Part shown: in pieces, positions 1 through 12,620 of the stretch | Numbering within the stretch: the first letter of the stretch is position 1 | Layout of the letters: each line of letters begins with the position of its first letter | Source: Raillietiella orientalis | Taxonomy: Eukaryota | Length of the DNA: 64,000 bases | Direction of reading: 5' to 3' | NCBI GenBank assembly: GCA_036172245.1 | Contig: JAYWIR010000033.1 | Span: 558,001 to 622,000 of the forward strand | Notes under the pieces: model-generated | Databases searched by the model: none | What the model was told of the DNA's origin: nothing | The model's input: the letters and a program-made list of their open reading frames with translations, nothing else | Position numbers and translations under genes: made by a program

Positions 1-1419
1 CATGAAAAAAAGAACGAAGAACCTCCTGAGGATTGCACTTTGGGGAAGAGGGAGGCCTCGAGTCCAGTTGAAGGACTTGTGTGCTCCACGACGGGATACC
101 GGTCTGGGCCTCTTGACGGTGGAGAGAGTAGAAATCCAGCTGCGATGGCGCACCCTGGCCATCGCAGCGAAGTTATGGAGCACCCCATGGTGCGTTCCGG
201 CCCGACTCCTTGCCAGCCGTGTATCCGGAACGGAGGGTCTCGCGTCTCATCTTCTGTGCCGCGGCTCGAAGATCAAGAGATGCGGACTCCTCCTGGGACG
301 CATGGCAACCCTGGCAAAGGAAAACGGCTGGGTGGAATGCAGCCCCGCCAACTCCTCCGCATGGCTGGAGGAGACCGCTGGCACGTGGAGGAAGATAAAC
401 CAGAAGAACGGAGAGATATGGAAGTGCCTGCGACGCGGCGGCTATTCCCGCTGCACTCTGCGCAAGATACTCCAGTGTCCCGCTAGAAGCACGTGGGCAG
501 AGACAACCCCCCTAGCTACGGCGATGCCCTTCCTGAGGAAAGCGCTCTCCAGCAGCCGCAAGCCTAGGTGCCAAGTCTCCTGCCATATCGCAGGCAAGGA
601 GAAGTTGATAAGCGGCTGGTCCACGGGGTGACTGGCGGACGCCACTTCTCCCAGTGTCCAGCCGAGAGGACATCAGAGATGGGGCGAGCTACTCGGCATC
701 CAGCCGGATGACCTGAAGTGTCCCCCGGTATGAATTGGTTCTAGGGTCCAACCCCTGAAGTGGCAGGAGTCGGCGCTTCTGTTGTTGCATTGGGGTCTAC
801 CCTGCAACGCACGCCGCCACCACTGGACCCGGGGTCGAGTAGATCCTACCTGCATCAGGTGTGGGGAACGGAAAACTCTCCCCCACCTCCTTGTTGATTG
901 TGCTGCCCTCCGACCCCTGTGGGAACGTCTTCGTGCCTCCCTACGGATCCAGGAGGGCAGCCAGCGCAGAGACGTTTTTCGGCTTCTGTTCGTGCATGAT
1001 GCGCTGCGTCCAGCCGCTACCCTGGCTGCACTTTGCTGTGTACGCGGGATTGTGACGTGCTGGAGCAACGTCGGAAGACCGAGCCACGACAGGGATGCCG
1101 TCGTACTTGCAGTTCGCTACCTGCGGATTGTGACCATATGGCCCCACCTGGGAATTATACGGACGCACCTTGAAGGCATCCTGCGAAGGATGGACCCTCC
1201 TCCCAGTGGTCAGTGATCCCTCCCCAACCCTCCCAAATCTTTTTATTTTTATGTTTTGTTTTTCTTTTTGTTTTTTCCACCACCCCCTTCCGCTGCCGAG
1301 GAGAGTCGCGCCGGTCTGCGTACCGGCGACCCGGCAGGTCCAGTTGAGTTGGCCGTAGTGGGGCCTCGTATCACGAATCAAAGGGAATTTTTAATAAACG
1401 CCCCGGCGTGACCAAGTGG
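1..1419 (+). mobile_element. 3' part of L1/Tx1-like LINE ORF2 (family A), decayed, with 3' UTR and terminus
   Basis: ORFs 2-631 and 782-1216 give the post-RT region and CIRCGERKTLPHLLVDC zinc finger; T-rich 3' UTR; ends AATAAACGCCCCGGCGTGACCAAGTGG at 1393-1419. Confidence 0.85.
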
Positions 1420-4400
1420 CAACTAGTAACTTGGCGTTCGTATTCACGATCGTGATCCGACGCCAGTTCTTCAAATCTCTGAGGTCTCCCCTTTTCGGAA
1501 GACGCCTCACTCCCGCTGACCGAAACGAGGCGGGAACCTCGCCTTCGTCTCGTATCATCCTTGTCATCTGAAGCAGCAGGGGTGCCAGCTCTTCCGCGAA
1601 GCTCTGATAGAACTCCGCGAGCAAGCCGACTTTCTTAGGAGCTTTCCGCCTCTTGAGCCTTTTGATACCTAAGAGAATTTCGCCGGTGGTAAAAGGCTCC
1701 TCGAAGCTATTGCCGCGGCACCATCCGGAAGCAAGAGCCGAGAAGCATCTTGATCAGGGGGCGCCCTGGCGTAAAGGGAGGAATAATAACTCCGCACGAG
1801 ATGCCGTACCGACGCCGGGGACGAACACTCCCTGCCCTGATCGTCCAGCAAGCAGGCCGACCCGGATTGCCAGGCTTGACGTTCGGCCCCGGCGCGGTAC
1901 TCGGCCAGGCGACGGACATTAGGGGTTCGCTCGTACCTACGGACCTGTGAATAGACCCCATAATTGCGAGGACCCTCGACGAATCCGGGGGGCAAGCGGT
2001 CCAGGGAGAACTGCTCGCAGAAATCCCGGACCGAGGCCTTGAGAAGGTCCTTGTCCGTGAGTCTCTGGAGTGTGACTCCTCTAAGGAATTCGCGAAGGTG
2101 TTCCTTCGCACCTGTGAATCGCGTCGAGTCCCCCGGTAAACGCCTATCCCTGGATGGCGGTCCCTTGTCGCGAAGCCACATCTCGAAAATTAACCGGGAA
2201 AGCTCCGACAACGTCGACGCAACCCTCCCCGGTTTGCCGACCCGTGAACACAGGTCAGCGTCGTGGAAGACGTGGTCGATGCTGCGGTCCATTCATGTCT
2301 CATCCGCGAACAAGTTGCGGGCACGCATGGCGGCGCACGACTCGTTCATCGCGTTCACTTGTGTTTCCGGCTCACCTGTTAGCAGGTGGAGATTGAAATT
2401 TTTCACCCGGTCACGCCGGGGCGTTAACTAAAAATAAACCAGTCAAAGACGATGCTTTTAGCCAAAGAAATGACAAGTGTCAAATAGAAGTTACCGGCAC
2501 ACAGGCCTGGTTAACAAACCGCTTCCAACAACACTGAGGGAGTAGAGGGATAACAAACAAAAATGTAAATCTGGAGGGAGGTGTAACGGGTCTATGGTGA
2601 AGCTCCGTTCTAACGGGGATTCACATAGAGAGCTCCTGAAATGTTCGGGAGCCTAATAGGGCAGAAGTGGAAAAAAAAAGAAGAAAATATTTGAAGGGGG
2701 CGAGAGGAAAGGTTCACCGGGTGCGCTGTTGGATAGCGTCTGTAAACAGTCGGCGTATGCTAGCGAGATCCCTTTTCGTATCTTCGGTCAATTAGGGCCA
2801 TCTGGCGGCTTCTTTCATATAGGAAGATGCTTTGCCGATCACCTCTTGGTGCTGCTTGTTGATTATCAGCGCGTGGCGCCCGGAAACTATCGCGCGTATG
2901 CAACCGATGATTGCAATCCTTGCGCTTGTACACAGCCCGCTTGGCGTGAAGAATCGTCAAAGCAAGTCTCTTGCGGTGTCCACGCGATGCGAGAGTGCTG
3001 TTGCCAGCCTGCGCCACGGTCCTTGTAGGACACCGCAGTGCAGAAGTAGGTGCGGAATCGACTCCGTCGATCCGCACCGAACGCAGTTCGCAGACGCAAG
3101 TCCCCCGGAGTCTCGATGTCCACGCTCGTTGCACTGAAAACCCCAGAGAACGAAAAACCTCACGGCTTGCTTCCAAGCAAGGGGGAGCAGCGAACTGTTG
3201 ACACACTGTGGAGGGACTACAAGTTCTTCGGGGGTGGCACCAAGTTCTTCTGCCAACCGGAGGAGTCCCTTTGCAGTAACACGAGGAGTAGCGCCGTCCG
3301 CCAACTCACTCGTCTTCCAGGCGCCAAGGAGTTTTGTTTTTCCCGCTATCGTGCAGGGAACCTCCCACCTCGCCAGTTGCAAATGTCGCTTCTTGCCCTG
3401 AGAGCAGACAGCGCTGCGACAAGTGGCGTGGCAGCCAGGGAAGAACAATTCACCTCGTCCTGCAGTACTTCTTTCAAGGATAGGGGAAAAAATTGGCGCA
3501 GGGGGAGAAGATCTTCAGGGCGTATTCCTTGGAACGCCGCCCAGGATTCAACAGACTCCTGCTGTTAAGCTCCAAAGTTCATTGGGAGGCAGGAGATCCA
3601 CGAGTGAGCTTCCAGAAGTGCGATCAACAGCCGCAATGGAAACCCGACACCCCGCTTCCTGTATTGAGTGCTTGGCAAAAGCGAGAGAAATCCTCCGCTG
3701 CCGGCGCATCTGCGCAGGAGAATGCAAGCTGGCACACACGGAAGGGATGTCCATAGCTGGGCACACAGTGCCAGCAGTCGGAACTGCACCTGCAGTCCGT
3801 TTCGCTCCATTGTCAGGATACCCAAACCAGCATCCCGACGCGGAGCTAACAAATCTTTAAGGCGGATCCTGGAACTCGCCGGAACCAGAGAGCGTTCCTG
3901 AGCAGGCGTTTAGCCCGCTGTTTCGCCGCATAGGACGGGTCCAAAACAAAAAACAGGGGATGGAGGAGGGGGGCCACAAAGGTGTTCCAGATAGTCACCC
4001 GTTTCTGCAAGATAACCTTGCCGTTAATGAACGGGATGATGGCCAACTCTGCTTTCTGAAGACAGTCCGCCCACGCTTCGGCTGCGCCGACAGCGCCCAA
4101 AGGAACGCCAAGGTACTTAAAGTACCCGCCCGTGGGGATCCCGAGGCGGATCCAGTCGGACTGCCCCTCCCACGACGCACCCACAGTAACGACCACGCTC
4201 TTCTCTCTGTTCACGCTCACGCTTGCTTTCCGACGAATCAGGTCGAAGAAGTCCTCGACACTGGACGCCGGGGTGGACATGGGGATCAGAAGAAGCAGGT
4301 CATCAGTGTAGGATGCCACGGCAGGCGTACTCGGGGTGGAGCACGGGAAGTGAGACAGGGTCAGCCTGTACGCTCTCAGCACCAACTCAAAGAAGATGCT

Positions 4401-6905
4401 AAAGAGCAACGGCCTTAAGCTGTCGTCCTATCGGATGCCCCTACGCACGGGAATACCATACACGCGGCAGCCGCTGGAAGTGATGCAGGTTAGCGCGTGG
4501 CGCCAGCACGCGCGCAAATACAGCAGGAGTTTCGCCGGGAACCCAAGGCGTTCCATAAGTTCCAAGAGCAGCTTCTGGTTTACGCAGTCGAACGCCTAGA
4601 TTGAAATCTCCCGCTATCAGGTTAGCCTTCCGCACGCTCGTGTTCGCCAGCCAGTCGCGCTTCAGGGATTCAAGCAATCTGGAACGGTTGCTGTATCCCT
4701 TTTGACCGGTTGGGGCGTACACATTCATGACGATCAGATCCATCGTGTCGGACCAGCCGAGAATCAGCTAACCGACCCGACCGTCGTCATCGAAGCGCAC
4801 ACCCTTCACGGCAGCGTCGATGGCCGGCTTCACGAAGAACGCGACCCCGTAGGTGTTGCGGATGCCGCATTGCCAGTACAGCCGACCTCCCGCGATCGTC
4901 TCGATCTCCTGGACGTCTGCCGCGGTGATCACGTGGATCTCCTGCAACATGGCCAGGTCGAACTCCCGCAGGGTGTCGGCTGTATCTCGCCTGTTACCGT
5001 CGTCGCGCAGCTCGTTGACATTCCAACAGGCCGCACGAATCCGACGGCGACTGGCGAGCCCAGGTGTTACTCCTGAGAAGATGGCAGTGCGGCTTCCCCC
5101 ACCTGCTGGGGCGGGACGCTAGGTGGAGGATTAGGGTCAGGTGCTGAAGGCACCTGTTCCCCCTCCTCCATAGGTAACGGCGCGTCGAGCGGGTCACCCT
5201 CAGGTGGGGTCGCGCCTACCTGTTCGCCCTCCTCCATGGAGGCGGGCTGTTTAGGGTCGGCGCCTGCAGGGGGGATTTAACCCCCCTGTTCACCCTCCAT
5301 CATGGGGGTGGCCGGATCGACGGCTTCTGAGCGTGGGAATTCCTCCTGCGAACTTCCCACACTGGCGACGGCTTCCATCCTCTCCTCGTCGCTGGTGGAG
5401 GGGAGGCGCCTCCTGGGCTTCTAGGACTTGCGTCCCGACTTCCTGGAGGGTGCCTCCGAGGAGGAGGATGTACTTGCGGCCCCCAGGTCCAACTCACCTG
5501 TGGGGGCCTTCTTCGTCGGAGCCGGCCTTCGCACGGCCTTGCGCGAGGGGTTCTCACGCTCGGCCAGCGTGACCGCGAGCTCCTCCGCCGCCTGCGCGAA
5601 CGCGGCGTCCGCCGCTTCGACCGCCGCTATGTCGCGCGGCTCACCCTCTGTGTAAACAGAGGGTTCGCCGTCGCGAACCTCGGGCGCGGCAAAAACGGCG
5701 AGGGGAGACTCGTCTCTCCGGGTGGCAGCCTTGGGAACGACGATTCGTTCCAGTGCCACGGTGCACTCGTGCAGAGTTTTTGAGCGCGGACCGGGTTTTT
5801 TCGATTTACCCGCCGGCTTATGCTCTTTCTTCTCCGCGGATGGTCCTTTTTTAATTTCTCGGGCGGCAACAAGCTGCCAGCCCTGTTCTCCTCCCATTAC
5901 TTCGGAAGGTTTATCCTCCGGCTCATGCGCCGGAAGTTGCGGTTCTGGCAGCTTCTGCCAGACACTTTGCGCCTTAGGTCGTGGGACCTTCAAGGCATGT
6001 TTCCCCTTCGCTTTTATGGCGGCAGGGGGAACCGCAGTGGGGCGCTTGGGACACACACGCCGAACGTGGCCCTTCTCCCCGCACAGGTGGCACTGGATGT
6101 TAGGACACCTATTACGGAAGTGTCCCACGGCATCGCAGTATCCGCAGTATCGTGGTTTCCACACGTCCCAAAGGTCCACGCTTTCTTGCGCGACCTTCAC
6201 TTTGTGGGGAAGTCCACAATTCTCTTTGACGGTGACCCGCGCTGCAGCCTGACCACCAAAAAGGCTATTGTAGCCGTGAAAAATGGTGGATTTGGGCCAC
6301 TGTGCGTGCACCTTCCCGAACTTTCGTAGTTCTTCTTCGACCGCAGAAGGAGTCATGCGGCTGCTAATGCCGGTCATGTGGACCACCACGGAGCGGTCCA
6401 TTGACACTGGCAGGATCTTGCGGCAGTCAACGTTCAGCGGCGCATAAATCAGGCGGTGAGCCAAAGTGACGTTCTTACACACCACCTCGACCCGCTGCCC
6501 TCCGCTGAGGACGGAGAGGCCATCCAGATCCTTCTTAATGACGTTCGCGTCTTTCAGCGCTTTACTGAAGGCAAGCTCTGTCCGGCCGTCGAACAAGTTG
6601 CCTACCTGGTACACAGCGAAGTCTTGTACCCGGAGGCCTTGTATGCGGCCATCTCCGCCATGGCTTCCGCGGTGGGCGCGGCCACCATGGCACTCCATGT
6701 CCTCGGCGTGTCCGGGGATGATTCCGGGGCGGCTGCCCCTGCTCGAGTAGGCTGTGGGGGCGAACTAGGCTGCCCCACTCCTACCTCCATCGCGGTGCCC
6801 TCTGGCATCGTGGCCATTAAACACCGACGATGTACACAAAACTCCACACACAAGAAAAACGCTTTGCTACTACTCTTTCGGGAGTGAAGAAAAAAATACG
6901 TCCTC
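1420..6905 (-). mobile_element. Family A L1/Tx1-like LINE (ORF1, endonuclease, start of RT), interrupted by the 2400-4597 insertion
   Basis: ORF 5421-6698 has CGYCDAVGHFRNRC and CHLCGEKGHVRRVC knuckles; APE motifs LQEIH, NVYAP, IAGDFN, IDHVF; RT start RRLPKRGDLRDLKNWRRITIVNT. Confidence 0.85.
2400..4597 (-). mobile_element. 5'-truncated LINE (family D) inserted in the family A endonuclease with a 10-bp TSD
   Basis: AGATTGAAAT at 2390-2399 and 4598-4607; RT motifs ASYTDDLL and FKYLGV; zinc finger CVRCGSTESIPHLLLHC; terminal motif at 2401-2428. Confidence 0.85.
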
Positions 6906-6909
6906 TAAC

Positions 6910-8260
6910 TGGCCTTGGGGGCGGCCGGCTTCAACGAGGCAGCCAGCTGCTCCGCAACGCGCTCGAAGGCGTCGTCATCGAGAGTGGGCTCGATGACGCA
7001 CGCCGCCGCGTCGCTCCCCTCCTAGTTGACTTTGTCAACGGAGGGTTGAGCAGGGGCAGCAGCGAGTTCTTTAGCGCCGCATTCGTCGATGGAGGGAATC
7101 CGATCTACAACGACGCAGCAGCTTTTAATCTTTTCGCGGCGCAGAGCGGTTCCGCTCCGTTTCGCCACGTTCTTACCCTTCTTATGGAGGTTTTTCTTGG
7201 GATCGACCTTCTGCCACCCTGGCTCTTGACCCTCGCCCTCGACCTATTCGGCGTTTTTTGCCGGGGTCTCGGGGCTGGCCTTCACCTTGGTGGCGGAAGT
7301 GACCTCCTTAGCAGCAGCACGAGCTGCTAGCTTCTTTCTTTTTTTAGCCGCGCGCTTTCTCGCGTTTTTTGCGGACACGAAGCGGACTGTGTTTTGGGTG
7401 GCACACCAGACGCGTGTGCTTCGTTTGTTTGCATTGCCAACACTGCACGCTCGGACACCTCATTTTAAAGTCACCAAAGCTGCTGCAGCAGCCGCAGAAC
7501 TTGGGTTTCCCCACGTACCACACGTCAGCATATTCACCGTTGACGGTAAGTTTTTGGGGAAACTCACACCCTTGGCGAACGGTCACTCGCGCTGCACCTA
7601 GGTCTCCAAGCACCCCGTCGTAATCGACAAACGGAGTAGGTTTTCCCCACAGCGTGTGGACCGTTGCGAGTTTTTCTAATTGGTTCCGGACGGCCTCCTT
7701 CGTTATCCCGAACGTGATACCGGTCAGGTGAATGATCACCGACCGGTCTTCAGTAATTGTTGGAAGCCTCCGGCTGCCCATAATTACGGGGGTTCGCAGA
7801 GGTCTCTGCGAGAGAGTTGCCTCCTTGCAGATGACTTCTACAAACTGATCCCCGCTTCTGACGGACATAGCCACAAGCTCCTCTTTTTGTACGCCGAGAA
7901 TGCACATCGCCTGCGAGAAGGCGCGCGCGTTTTCGGGAGAATATAAACCGCCTACCTTATAAACAAGGGGTGAATTATACCCCTCCTACAGGTGAGCGCG
8001 CATTTCCGCCATAGCCGCTGGCGTAGGTGCCGCAGCCACGGCGTTCCAAGCCATGGTAGGGACGGGGGCGCATCCGTGCTGGTGGGAGCCCCCACTGATG
8101 CGGCATCTCCCACCTCCATCTCCTCCGGGGGCAATAAGGTCATCGCCCCCGGATCCTCACCGGTGGTGGTATCAAGCTTTGCTGCCTAATCCTCCACCCA
8201 CACCACGCACAAGCAACGACGGAAATGAAACTCAGGAGCAGCGAAAAGACACGTCCGCTC
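6910..8260 (-). mobile_element. Family B LINE 5' end and partial ORF1
   Basis: ORF 7344-7907 with KPKFCGCCSSFG and CWQCKQTKHTRLVC; homologous to ORF 35252-36892. Confidence 0.8.
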
Positions 8261-11200
8261 GACGCTCCAGAGTCTTAAGATTTGCGACCTAATTAAGGCC
8301 TCGCTCCGGAAGTTCTGCGAGCAGTTCCCCCTACACCGCCTACGCCTCGGATTCGTCGAGGGTCCTAGCAACCTTCGGGCCTATTTACAGGTCCGTCGGT
8401 ACAAGAGATCCCCTAATGACCGTCGTCTGGCCCAGTACCGCGGCGGAGCTGAACGCCAAGCACTGCAATCCGGGTAGGCAAGCTTGTTGGACGACAAGGG
8501 TCGGGAATGTTCGTCCCCATCATCGGTACAGCATCTCGTGCGAAGTTTTTATTCCTCCCTTTACGCCAGGGAGCCCCTAGATCGAGACGCCTCTCGGCGC
8601 TTGCTTCTGGATGGCGCCCCGGCAATAGGGGAGGAGGAGATGGAAAGCCTCGACGAGCCTTTTACCACCGGCGAAATTCTCGCCGGTATCAAAAGGCACG
8701 AGAGGCGTAAAGCTCCAGGGAAAGAAAGCTCGCCCGCGGAGTTGTTTCAGAGCATCGCGAAAGAGCTGGCAACCCTGCTGCTTCAGCTGACAAGGCGGAT
8801 ACGAGACGAAGGTGATGTTCCCGCCTCGTTTCGGTCAGCCAGAGTGAGGCTTCTTCCGAAAGGGAAAGAACTCAGAGATTTGAAGAACTGGCGTCCGATC
8901 ACGATCGTGAATACGGACGCCAAGTTAATAGAAGGGCTATGGGCTTCGAGTCTGGGGCAAGTGGCAGAATCCCTAATTCGCCCGGAGCAAAATTATGCTG
9001 TTCTCGAGCTAAGTATGGATGCCAACCTCTTCCTCGCAAGCACATGGGTGCACCTACAGAGACGAGAAAAGAAAGGGATAGGGAAAGTCGGCAACCCCAC
9101 ATTGGGGCCGCCAGCCGGGTTGGGAAGAGACCCCCTAAACGGGGAAGGGGGCCCTAGCGCTCCCAGTCGACCTCCACAACGCCTTTGACTGTGTAGACCA
9201 AAAACTACTCCTGGATCTCCTGGGACGCATGAACTTCCCACCCTCCCTGATTTCCTACCTGCGCTCTTGCTGGCGGAATGCGATGATTACGGTCTCTTTC
9301 AGCGGTCACAAGGTGTATGACGTGCCGGTGCAGCATGGCATGAGGCAGATAGATAGCCTCAGCCCCCTGCTCTTCAGCACCTACTTTGAATTGGTGCTGA
9401 GAGCGTACAGGGTGATTCTGGCCCCATTGCCGAGCTCGTACCCCGGCACGCCCGCCGTTGCAGCGTACGCCGACGATCTTCTGCTCTTGTTGTAAATGTT
9501 CACCCCGGCAAAGGCGGTAGGAGACTTCTTCGATCTGCTTAGCCGCGGGACCGGACTGCAGGTTAACAGGGCGAAGTCGTCGGTTGTGCCAATAGGTGCG
9601 GCGTAAGCAGGACAGCAGGACTGGGTCCGTCTGGGGATCTTCACGGCGAGGTGCTTCAAGTACCTTGGTGTGCCGTTAAGGGACTACTCCCCTGCGGAAT
9701 CGTGGTCCAGCTGCCTCCAAAAAGTCGAGACGGCGATCGGCCCGTTCCTGGGAGGCAAGTTTCACTTGCCGGAACGGGCCGCGGTTTGGAACGCCTCCGC
9801 GGACACCATCGTCCGCCCCTTGCTTTTTGTTTGTACTCCCACCGTGGAATCCAAGAAGAGGAAAAAGGACCTCCTTCGTATCGCCCTTTGGGGCAAGGGG
9901 AGGCCCCGTGTCCCTCTGACGGACTTGTGCGCTCCGCGTCGGGACGGCGGTCTTGGCCTCCTGACGCTGGAGCGCGTGGAGAAGCAGCTGCGGTGACGAA
10001 CCCTCGCCATCGCAGCCAAGATGTGGAGCACCCCATGGTGTACTCCGGCACGCCTCCTGGCCAGCCGTGTGTCCCGGTGCGATGGACTCGCGTCTCTTCT
10101 TCTGAGCCGTGGCCGGAAGATGCGAAGATGCGGTTTACTGCTCGGGCGCATGGCAAAATTGGCCAAGGAGAACAGCTGGATGGTTTGCTGCCCCGCTAAC
10201 TCCACCGCCTGGCTGGAGGAGAATATTGGAACGTGGGCAGCGGTTAACCAGAGGAGCCACGAAACGTGGAATCGTCTTCGATGCAGCCCCTACGCCCGCT
10301 GCACGATGCGGAATCCCCTGGAGAGTCCAGCAAGATGCACGTGGGCAGAGAAGACCTGCCTAGCTACGGCGCTGCCCTTCCTGTGGAGGGCACTTCACAG
10401 CAGCCGGACGTCAAGGTGGCAAGTCTCCTGCTGCATCGAGGGACGCGAGAAGTTGATCAGCGGCTGGAGAACAGGAGAACTGGCCGACGCCACGATTCCG
10501 AGCGTCCAACCGCGAGGATCATTAAGATAAGGCGAGCTGCTCGCCATCCCCAGGGATGAGCTGAAGTGGCCCCCGGTGATGAAGGAATCCAGGATCCTGC
10601 CCCTTAAGTGGAAAGATTCGGCGTGGCTTTTGTTCCACTGGGGTCTATCCTGCAACGCGCGCCGCTTCCACTGGACAAGGCAGCTGTGGATCCTGAATAT
10701 GTCAGGTGCGGAGAGCGGGAATCGCTCTTTCACCTTATTGTGGACTTTGCTGCCCTCCGACCCCTTTGGGAACGGTTCGGGATGACCCTCGGGCGCCCCA
10801 CAGGCAGCACCCCTAGAGACGTTCTTTGGCCCCTCTTCGTTAAGGACGCACTGCAGCCCGCCGCAGCCATCGCAGCCTTGTGCTGCGTCCGTGGCATCGT
10901 GGCGGCATGGAGCGACGCCAACAACGAAGGAGTGGGTCCACAGGCGAGGGTTGTCATCCCGTATGCCCAACGCTTCTTGCGGAGAGCTGCCGGATGGCCC
11001 CAATTGAGGAATATGCAGACAGACCTCGAGGGCTTCGTTCGAAGGATGGGCCCTCCCCACAGCGAACAGTGATCCCTTCCCTGCCCTCCGACTTCTTTTT
11101 GTTTGTTTCTTTTTATTTTTTCTTTTTATCTTATCCCCATCCCCCTTCGCTGTCGGGAAGTGCCACGCCGGGCTGCGTCTTGGTGTCCCGACAGGTCCAG

Positions 11201-11278
11201 TGTTTACGGCCGTGGTGGGGCCTTGTACCACGCATGTAGAGTTTATTAAGAAACGTCCCGGGCGTACCCGGGTGATGA
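8261..11278 (+). mobile_element. Family A LINE ORF2 (post-endonuclease to 3' end), pseudogenised
   Basis: NWRPITIVNTDAKL, AAYADDLL, KYLGVP and zinc finger in successive broken frames; terminal CCCGGGCGTACCCGGGTGA. Confidence 0.85.
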
Positions 11279-12620
11279 CGCCGAATACCCGGAGCAGATT
11301 TTGCACAGGAAATTGTTCGCAGAATTCCCGGACCGAGTCCTTAAATAGGTCCCGATCCGCGAGACTCTGGAGGGTGACGCCTTGCAGGAATTCGCGAAGA
11401 TGTTCTTTCGCTCCTGACAGGCGCGTCCAGTCCCCTGGCATACGCTAATCCATGGATCGCGGTCCCTTGTCGCGCGTGTGCATCTCGAATACTAACCGGG
11501 AATGGTCCGACAGCGTCGATCCAAGTGTCCCTCATTTTCCGACCCGTGTGCACAGGTCTTCGTCGAGGAAGACGTGGTCCACGCTGCTGACCATCCCGCT
11601 TATTTCTGTCAGCAAGTTGCGCGCGCGCATGGCGGCGTACAACTCCTTGATCGCGTTACCCTGTGCTCCGGGCTGATGTGAGAGCAGACAAACGTTGAAA
11701 TCCCCTGCTATCAGATGCGCCTTTCGCACGTCCGCGTCCGCCAGCCATTCGCGCTTCAAGGTTTCCAGTAACGCGTTGCGCTACTGGTATCCCCGTTTAC
11801 CGCTAGGAGCGTACACATTGGTGACGATGAGGTCGATCGAATCGGACCATCTGAGAGTCAGTTCGCCGATCCGTCCGTCGTCCCCAAAGCGCACGCCCTT
11901 CACGGCCGCGTTAATGGCAGGCTTTAGGAAGAACGCGACCCCAGCAGTGTTGCGGGCACCGCATCGCCAGTACAACCGCCCTCCCGCGATTGTTTCGATC
12001 TCCTGGGCGTCTTTTGCGGTGATCACGTGGATCTCCTGCAAAAGCACCAGGTCGAAATCTCGTAAGGTGGCGGCTGTATCTCGTCTGTTTCCGTCGTCGC
12101 GCAGCCCGTTAATATTCCAACTGGCCGCGCGGATCCGACGGCGACAGGCGAGTCCAGGTGTTATTCCTGGGAACCTGGCGGTGGTGCTCTTGCCACCTTT
12201 TGGGGCGGGTCGCTGGACGGGGTTGGCGTCTTGCCCACCAACTCCTCATCCTTCTTACGTGCCAAAGTCTCCGGCTGCGCGTGCGAAGGGGGTGTTGTTC
12301 GTACCTGTTGGCCCACATCCATTAGTGCGGGTGGTTCAGGTTCGGCGGTTTCAGAGGGCATTGCTGATCCCTGGTCACCCTCCTCCATTGAGGTCGCCTC
12401 CTTGTCGGCTTCCGCACGTGGGTAATGCCCGACTTGAGCTTTCACGCTGCCATCCACTGGTTCCTCCACCATTGCATCCCCCTCGCGCGGAGGCGGAATG
12501 CACCTTCGGGGTTTCTGGGATTTTCGCCACGCTTTCCTTGGTGGTGCTTTCGCAGAGTAGGATGCACTTTCGGCCTCCCGGTCCGACTCACCTAAAGGGG
12601 CCACTTTAGCCGCTGCCGCA
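11279..12620 (-). mobile_element. Family A fragment (ORF1 C-terminus plus endonuclease)
   Basis: LLQEIHVI, NVYAP, IAGDFN, VDHVF motifs; close copy of about 23185-24525. Confidence 0.8.
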